The translations under genes were made by a program, and so were the position numbers. The notes under the pieces are model-generated. The model was given only the letters and a program-made list of their open reading frames with translations. It ran no database searches and was not told where the DNA came from. DNA of 64,000 nt from sequence record DRR723986_7955; one strand, 5' to 3'. Positions 57,446-64,000 of this stretch are shown here, in pieces. Position 1 is the stretch's first letter, and every line of letters starts with the position of its first letter.

Positions 57446-58408
57446 TTATGAAATGTCTTTTACAAAGTCCAACGCACGCTGTTCATTGTAATAAACATTA
57501 TTCTTTTGAATAAAACCTACATGCCCACCATATTTAGGCATTTCTAAATATAAGTTGGAATTTTCTTTAGCCTCTTTTACAGGATAACATTCCGCATTTA
57601 AGAATGAATCATTTAGCGAATTAATTATCAATGATGGTACTTTAATTTTTGGTAAAAACTGTAAACTACTCGCTTTGTCATAATAGTCATAGGCATCTTT
57701 AAAACCATGTGCCTTCGCTGTATAAACGTGATCAAAATCAATTAAACTTTTTATCGAATTAAAATCTGCTTTTGTTAAATCATTTGGAAACTGAATTAAC
57801 TTTGGTTTTAATTTCTTTTTTAAATGATCTAAAAATCTGACTGCATAATGTTTATTTTTCAAACTCAATAAGGCATCACAAGAAGATTTTAAATCACATG
57901 GTGTTGAAATAGAAATTACAGCTTTGACTTCTTTAGGTACATGTTCTCTTTCTCCCACATATTTTAGAGCCATATTGGCACCCAAACTAATGCCCTTTAT
58001 ATAAATTTCATTATAAATATTCTTAGCTAATATATGATTTACAACCGCTTCTAAATCTTCTGTAGCACCTGAATGATAGCTACGATACAATAGATTAGGT
58101 TCACCACTACAACCTCTAAAATTTACCGAGCAAGCATCTATCCCATTACTATTAAACAACTTAGCCGTACCTGTAATATATGGTCGTTGCGCATGCCCTT
58201 CTAACCCATGTAATAAAATTATAACCTTGTTAGACTTTTGACCTGAATGACTCCAATCTAAATCAATAAAATCACTGTCTGGTAATATAATACGCTCTCT
58301 GGTTTGATCAACACCATCAACTTTTCTAGCTAATCCAGAAAACACAGTAGACACAAAACTTTTTTTGGCCCAAAAAGGTGGTTTATAAGTCGATTCTATT
58401 ACAGGCAT
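57446..58408 (-). CDS. YheT-family alpha/beta hydrolase
   Basis: DFIDLDW, LHGLEG, NFRGCSGEPN, YHSG, GISLG, GGHVGF. Confidence 0.87.
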   Translation of the reverse strand: MPVIESTYKPPFWAKKSFVSTVFSGLARKVDGVDQTRERIILPDSDFIDLDWSHSGQKSNKVIILLHGLEGHAQRPYITGTAKLFNSNGIDACSVNFRGCSGEPNLLYRSYHSGATEDLEAVVNHILAKNIYNEIYIKGISLGANMALKYVGEREHVPKEVKAVISISTPCDLKSSCDALLSLKNKHYAVRFLDHLKKKLKPKLIQFPNDLTKADFNSIKSLIDFDHVYTAKAHGFKDAYDYYDKASSLQFLPKIKVPSLIINSLNDSFLNAECYPVKEAKENSNLYLEMPKYGGHVGFIQKNNVYYNEQRALDFVKDIS

Positions 58409-58416
58409 TATTATAC

Positions 58417-60300
58417 TTATTTCAATACGGTAAACTCAACGGCAGAGTCATTGTAAACACTATGAGTTTGAGCTTTAAAGTCAGATTCTTCAGCTTCAAA
58501 TATATTATCTACATATGTCTGCGGGTTTGCATCTATATATGGAAAAAATGTACTTTGAATTTGAACTTGAATTTTATGTCCTTTTTTAAAAGTATGAAAC
58601 ACATCTTGTAGTTTTAAGTTCACTGCTGTTTTCTTATTTGGTATGAAAGGCTCAGGATTTGTCATACTATTTCTAAAACGCCCTCTTAATGTTTCACTGC
58701 GAACCATAAGGTGATAGTTACTCAGTTTTAAGTGATCTTGAACATCGTCTGTATTCTCTACATCTGATGGAAATACATCAATCACTTTCACAATCCAATC
58801 AGCAGCTGTGCCTGTAGTAGCCACATTAAGTTTTGCTAAAATATCACCTGCTAGAGTAATATCCTTATCTAAAATTTCAGTTTCAAAGGTTAATACATCT
58901 GGTCTTCTCGAAGCAAAACGCTGATCGTCTGTCATAAACTTTCTCGGTGTAAAAACTACTTTAATATCCTCCGAATACGGCACTGGTTTTTTAGGGTCAC
59001 TTACAAAATCTGATGTGGCAATCATCCTATTTGCTTTTTGTGTTAATCGTTCATCAGGTTGTAAAAAATAATTTTGTTTGGTTGTGTTTTTTGGTGGCCA
59101 AGACTCAAAGGACTGCCAAGTTTTTGTGCCTGTATTAAACATGTGCGCCTCTGCTAAACCTGTTTTACCATTAGCTTCTTCCTTTAAAAAATGATTAAAG
59201 AATTTAGTTTCAATATTTTTTTGAAAGTAGTCTGAAATACTATCTCCAAAGTGAATATTACCAATAACTTGTCTTTCTTTATTCCTTGCCCAATCACCAT
59301 GAGACCATGGCCCAAATACCACAGTATTATAATTAGAGCTGTTTTCCTCGATGCTTTCATATGTATTAAAAGGACCATATAGATCTTCTGCATCGAACAA
59401 ACCTCCAACAATCATTGTTGCTGGTTTTATATCTTTTAAATGTTGAATAATTCCTCTACTCTGCCAAAACTCATCGTATGTAACATGGGTTTTTAATTGT
59501 TCCATAAAAACATTTGTGCTGTCGTAATATTTATTAAGCTTGCTCAGAGGCATATTATCCAAGAAAAATTGGTATTGGTCATCTGTACCTAAATCAGGAA
59601 ACTCATACCATGACTCAGTGGTTGGAGTATCTTTCATATATCCAAATACAGAAGTGGCTCTCCAATAGCTTAATAAATAGGCACCATTATGATAAAAGTC
59701 ATCAAAAAAGAAGTCTCCAATACAAGCTTGAGGTGATACCGCTTTAAGCGCAGGATGTGAATCTAGTAAAGAATAAGTAGCGTAAAAACCAGGATATGAA
59801 ATGCCGTATGTACCTACTTTACCATTAGTATTTTCTACATTATTAATCAACCACTCAATAGTATCATAAGTATCACTTGCCTCATCAGTTTGATTTCCTG
59901 TCTTGTTAGGAATATAAGCCCTCATATTATCATACACTCCTTCACTATTCCAACGACCTCTCACATCTTGATAAACCATTATATTTCCCTCTTCCATTAA
60001 ATAGTTATTAGGTCCTAACTTAGCTGGAAACTCATTTTCACCATAAGGTCTGCAGCTGTATGGTGTGCGTTTTAATAAAATTGGATACTCTTTAGAAGAG
60101 TCCTTGGGCGAATATATTGTAGTATGCAATTTAATGCCGTCTCGCATTTCTATCATTACCTCTTTTTTTGTGTAATTTTCTTTAGCAAAAGTATTTTGAG
60201 CATCAGCCATTTCTGGTGTTTCAATAGCCTGATGTTTGGTTTCTTTACAACTAGAAATAGTCATTAATACTAGTGAAAATAGAAGGATTTTCTTGAACAT
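58417..60300 (-). CDS. CocE/NonD family serine hydrolase lipoprotein (alpha-amino acid ester hydrolase-like)
   Basis: ISSC lipobox; MRDGIKL, RTPYS, QDVRGR..SEG, GISYPG nucleophile, DAED, GPWSHG. Confidence 0.88.
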   Translation of the reverse strand: MFKKILLFSLVLMTISSCKETKHQAIETPEMADAQNTFAKENYTKKEVMIEMRDGIKLHTTIYSPKDSSKEYPILLKRTPYSCRPYGENEFPAKLGPNNYLMEEGNIMVYQDVRGRWNSEGVYDNMRAYIPNKTGNQTDEASDTYDTIEWLINNVENTNGKVGTYGISYPGFYATYSLLDSHPALKAVSPQACIGDFFFDDFYHNGAYLLSYWRATSVFGYMKDTPTTESWYEFPDLGTDDQYQFFLDNMPLSKLNKYYDSTNVFMEQLKTHVTYDEFWQSRGIIQHLKDIKPATMIVGGLFDAEDLYGPFNTYESIEENSSNYNTVVFGPWSHGDWARNKERQVIGNIHFGDSISDYFQKNIETKFFNHFLKEEANGKTGLAEAHMFNTGTKTWQSFESWPPKNTTKQNYFLQPDERLTQKANRMIATSDFVSDPKKPVPYSEDIKVVFTPRKFMTDDQRFASRRPDVLTFETEILDKDITLAGDILAKLNVATTGTAADWIVKVIDVFPSDVENTDDVQDHLKLSNYHLMVRSETLRGRFRNSMTNPEPFIPNKKTAVNLKLQDVFHTFKKGHKIQVQIQSTFFPYIDANPQTYVDNIFEAEESDFKAQTHSVYNDSAVEFTVLK

Positions 60301-60367
60301 AGTTTGGTTAGTTTTTTTGAAAAGTTTAAAGATAATCTATTAGAGCTAATAAAGTTTGAAGGAAATG

Positions 60368-61990
60368 TTAAGAGACTTCAACTGATGTAAATTGAAATAT
60401 ATCGCCATTAAATAATCCCTTATCACTTAATTTTAACGATGGAATAACAAGTAATGCCATAAAAGACAAACTCATATAAGGTGCATGTAATTTACTACCC
60501 AATTGCTTTGCCATTTTATCTAAGTCTGCATAGGATTTACCTATAGAATATGCATCCTTATCACTTATTATACCTGCTATTGGCAAGGGTACAATTTTTT
60601 CTACTGAATTTGATACTGCACATATGCCTCCTTTATTCTCAATTATTAAGTTAACAGCTTTAGAGATAGCTTGGTCTGTAACTCCAACAGCAATAATATT
60701 ATGTGAATCGTGACCAACAGAAGATGCAATTGCCCCTTCTTTTAATCCAAAATTCTTTATAAAAGCCAGGGCTGGTTTTTCATTTTTATATCTATTAACC
60801 AAGGTCATTTTTAGAATATCAGTTTCGGTGTTTGACACTAAATTTCCTTCTGAAATAGTGGCATTCTCAATTAATTCATTAGTTACCAGTTCACCATCTA
60901 AACATTCTATAACTCTAATTTTTTCAGCATTGGATTCAAATCTAAAGTCTGAAATATTTTTTAAAGTAGTGTTAAAGTTATTTAGGCAATCAAATTCAAC
61001 ATGCTTAATTTTTGAAACACCATGATCATAAACCAACTCACCATCAATATAAGTTTGGACAGGTTTAAACTCCACTAAGTCGTTAGCGATTATAAAATCA
61101 GCTGAATCCCCAACTCTTAACAGGCCTACATCTAATTTATAATGTTCTACTGGATTTACACAAGCTACTCTTAGCACTTTAAACACGTTAATGCCTTTTG
61201 CTATCGCTCTTGCGCAAAGCTGATTTATATGCCCTAAAAGCAGATCATCAGGATGCTTATCATCGCTGCAAAACATTATATTTTTATAGTGCTCATCTAA
61301 CAAGTCTATTAATGCATCGAAGTTTTTTGCCGCACTACCCTCTCTAATAAGAACTTTCATCCCTTTCTGAAGTTTTTCTAATCCTTCCTCGTATGTAAAA
61401 CACTCGTGATCTGTAGAAATACCAGCAGAGATATATTTTGTGAGATCATCACCTCTCAAACCTGGAGCATGACCGTCAATTGGTTTATTATTTTTTTTAG
61501 CCCATTCAATCTTTTTAAGAACTTCCTGGTCTTCACAAATGACGCCTGGATAATTCATCATCTCCGCCAAATACTTAATATCCGGATTAGTCATTAAGGT
61601 CTTTAAATCATCTGAATCTATTACGGCTCCTGCAGACTCAAAACTTGTTGCGGGCACACAACTTGGAGCTCCAAAATTAAATTTCAAAGGTGTCTTCTTG
61701 CCATTTTCTATCATGTACTCAACACCCTTCACTCCAAGAACATTAGCAATTTCATGTGGATCAGAAACTGTAGCAACTGTACCATGTTTTACAGCGATCT
61801 TAGCAAACTCGGAAGGCATCAACATAGAACTTTCAATGTGAATATGCGCATCTACAAATCCTGGTAAAATGTATTGGTTTTCGTTACATTCTTTTTCCTT
61901 AATTGATTTTATCCGGCCATCTTCAACGGTAATTTCTCCCTTAAAAATTCTACGATTATGGATATCTACTATGTTTCCTCTAACAATCAA
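60368..61990 (-). CDS. ade: Adenine deaminase
   Basis: [56 protein letters not shown] start overlapping the tilS stop. Confidence 0.93.
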   Translation of the reverse strand: MIVRGNIVDIHNRRIFKGEITVEDGRIKSIKEKECNENQYILPGFVDAHIHIESSMLMPSEFAKIAVKHGTVATVSDPHEIANVLGVKGVEYMIENGKKTPLKFNFGAPSCVPATSFESAGAVIDSDDLKTLMTNPDIKYLAEMMNYPGVICEDQEVLKKIEWAKKNNKPIDGHAPGLRGDDLTKYISAGISTDHECFTYEEGLEKLQKGMKVLIREGSAAKNFDALIDLLDEHYKNIMFCSDDKHPDDLLLGHINQLCARAIAKGINVFKVLRVACVNPVEHYKLDVGLLRVGDSADFIIANDLVEFKPVQTYIDGELVYDHGVSKIKHVEFDCLNNFNTTLKNISDFRFESNAEKIRVIECLDGELVTNELIENATISEGNLVSNTETDILKMTLVNRYKNEKPALAFIKNFGLKEGAIASSVGHDSHNIIAVGVTDQAISKAVNLIIENKGGICAVSNSVEKIVPLPIAGIISDKDAYSIGKSYADLDKMAKQLGSKLHAPYMSLSFMALLVIPSLKLSDKGLFNGDIFQFTSVEVS

Positions 61991-63297
61991 TTCAATTCTA
62001 TTTTCAAAGTAGTTTTTGTAGTATTTGAAACTTCGAATCTACCATCTGCTCTTTTACCAACTACCCAAATAATGTCATTACCCGATGTTAAAACCCAAGT
62101 ATTTTCTTTTTCTATTAGAGATGATTTTTCGTCTTTAAGGTATTTACTCAATTTCTTTTTACCTGTCATACCAGCAGGATAAAAGACATCCCCATCTTCC
62201 CAAATTCTCATCTTCAATGGAAAACCTATTTTTTCACCATCAACATAAATAACTGATTCTGAAGTTTTGATTTCTTTTTCAACCATTTCAATATTTAATA
62301 CGCCTAAAGGTGTTTTGATACTAGAGTCTAATTTTGAAATGAGAATTGGCTCTGGATCTTCTGCTTTTAAGCCACTCAATATTAAATAGTCTCTATGCTT
62401 TATTAATCTGTGCGTACCAGATTCTATGTATTTACCAGATTGTGCCTCTAATAAATGCTCCACATCGTCCCATTCTGTAAAACCATAATCTTTAAACATC
62501 GCGTATAAATAAGCTTGAGCATTATTTACCTTTTTAAATTCGGATATTTTATAGGTAATTGTTTTTTCATCAATATCAACTATAGCGCGCTTAGCGACAG
62601 CATTTAAACTCTCTTCAACAATATCTGCCGTATCATTAAGGTTTTTAAGGGTATTTTGAAAGCTATCTAATAACTGCGGATTAATTTCTTTTAAAACTGG
62701 CACCACTTCATGTCGTAACTTATTTCGTAAATATTTCCGTTTCTTATTACTACTGTCTTCGCGCCATTCTATTTGATTTTCCATGGCAAAAACCTCTACA
62801 TCTATTCTTGAAAAAGGTAAAAGTGGCCTCACCACATTCTCATTGAGCATAGGTATGCCTGTTAAGCCATTTAGTCCTGTACCGCGAGTAAAATTAATTA
62901 GAAAAGTTTCTAGGTTATCATCTGCATGATGAGCGGTTAAGATATAGTCGAAATTAAGTTGACATGCTATTTCTTTAAACCAATCATACCTCAATTCTCT
63001 AGCAGCCATTTGTATAGAACACTTATACTCCTTTGCATAGGCTTCTGTATCAAAATTTTGAATAAATACCTCTACATCCAAGTCTTCGGCAAGATCAATA
63101 ACAAATTGTTCGTCTTTATCGCTTTCCTCTCCTCTTAAGTTAAAATTACAATGTGCTATTGCAAAATTGAGATTTAGCCTAAAACATAAGTGTGCCAACA
63201 CAACACTATCAATACCTCCTGAAACACCAATAATTAATCTTGATTTACTCAGTGCTTCCAGGTTGTTCTTAATATGGCTTTTAAAGGCTTTTAGCAT
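61987..63297 (-). CDS. tilS: tRNA(Ile)-lysidine synthetase
   Basis: PP-loop [47 protein letters not shown]-terminal TilS_C. Confidence 0.94.
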   Translation of the reverse strand: MLKAFKSHIKNNLEALSKSRLIIGVSGGIDSVVLAHLCFRLNLNFAIAHCNFNLRGEESDKDEQFVIDLAEDLDVEVFIQNFDTEAYAKEYKCSIQMAARELRYDWFKEIACQLNFDYILTAHHADDNLETFLINFTRGTGLNGLTGIPMLNENVVRPLLPFSRIDVEVFAMENQIEWREDSSNKKRKYLRNKLRHEVVPVLKEINPQLLDSFQNTLKNLNDTADIVEESLNAVAKRAIVDIDEKTITYKISEFKKVNNAQAYLYAMFKDYGFTEWDDVEHLLEAQSGKYIESGTHRLIKHRDYLILSGLKAEDPEPILISKLDSSIKTPLGVLNIEMVEKEIKTSESVIYVDGEKIGFPLKMRIWEDGDVFYPAGMTGKKKLSKYLKDEKSSLIEKENTWVLTSGNDIIWVVGKRADGRFEVSNTTKTTLKIELN

Positions 63298-63416
63298 AGT
63301 GTAAATATACAATAATGCTATATGCTCACAATCTACAATTCAATCAAAGTGACAATTATCATAAAAAAGTAGAATACTTATTTATAGCTTTAAGAGAACA
63401 AAATAAATCATAAGTT

Positions 63417-64000
63417 ATGAGCACATTTAAAGAACTCTCATCAAAATCTGCACAAACTGCTTTCGATAAAAAAGTACTTTCTGCTGTACCACATTTACAT
63501 CCTTATGTAAAACACAGAATCTATATTGCAGAAACAACAGGAATTTTACCAAAGAATATGTACTCATCTAATGGTATTATTGATGAATGCATTATAGAAT
63601 TATACAGTAAAGGTTTTAATATTGAAGCTGAAGCCATGGCTGTAAAACTAGAGTTATTTAAACTAGTTGATAATTTCATGAATGAGCTTTTTAAGAAAGA
63701 AGCCTATCACAAAAACACTATAAGTACAGACGCTATACTTAAGGACGAGTTATCTAGATTAGGTGAAGATTACACCATTGATGCCGATTTAGATTTAGTG
63801 TTAAACACAGAACTCAATGATATATCTTATCATCAAGATCATAGCAATCATTTGTACTTATATGACGACAAGCAAACCTCTATGCTTAAAGCATTTGAAC
63901 TAGAGAATTTATCTAAAACCGAATCACCAAAAGTGTTTGGTAGATTTTATAGTTGGTTACCAATAAATATTTCAAACATTGTTGATTTATACATTTTTGG
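63417..64000 (+). CDS. Conserved hypothetical protein (partial, runs off the window), possibly sigma-factor-like
   Basis: Manual translation from ATG 63417: MSTFKELSSKSAQTAFDKKVLSAVPHLHPYVKHRIYIAETTGILPKNMYSSNGIIDEC...WLPINISNIVDLYIF, open to the window end. Confidence 0.75.
   Translation, partial: MSTFKELSSKSAQTAFDKKVLSAVPHLHPYVKHRIYIAETTGILPKNMYSSNGIIDECIIELYSKGFNIEAEAMAVKLELFKLVDNFMNELFKKEAYHKNTISTDAILKDELSRLGEDYTIDADLDLVLNTELNDISYHQDHSNHLYLYDDKQTSMLKAFELENLSKTESPKVFGRFYSWLPINISNIVDLYIF

Overview
AT-rich chromosomal window from a marine Flavobacteriaceae bacterium (Bacteroidota; a Winogradskyella-like assignment is inferred from gene content and order). Positions 1-8040 (- strand) encode the N-terminal >=2680 aa of a giant secreted Cys-rich HYR-like repeat protein. 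The ORF track omits it because it has no stop codon in the window. Four unrelated ~180-190 aa passenger domains are inserted inside its stalk repeats, each bracketed by an extra cysteine pair. The rest is mostly housekeeping: hutH, nnr, thrABC with an upstream leader peptide, holA, a dispersed menaquinone cluster (menI-F-D, menB-A, menC-E), dnaK, panB, a DUF2891-Nramp-pxpABC oxoprolinase operon, a comM/yifB-family gene, a CocE/NonD hydrolase, ade and tilS. Less ordinary elements: (i) a three-gene putative signalling module (membrane-anchored protein ending NHGxxGxPP + stand-alone multi-TM protein + HisKA_3 kinase, no response regulator); (ii) a MIDAS-dead vWA paralog upstream of a YfbK-type vWA protein; (iii) back-to-back sigma54-like promoters with TGACA-N3-TGTCA repeats at dnaK; (iv) four small genes broken by in-frame TAA codons without frameshifts. 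No rRNA, tRNA, CRISPR array, transposase or integrase was seen. All family assignments come from motif recognition, not database searches.
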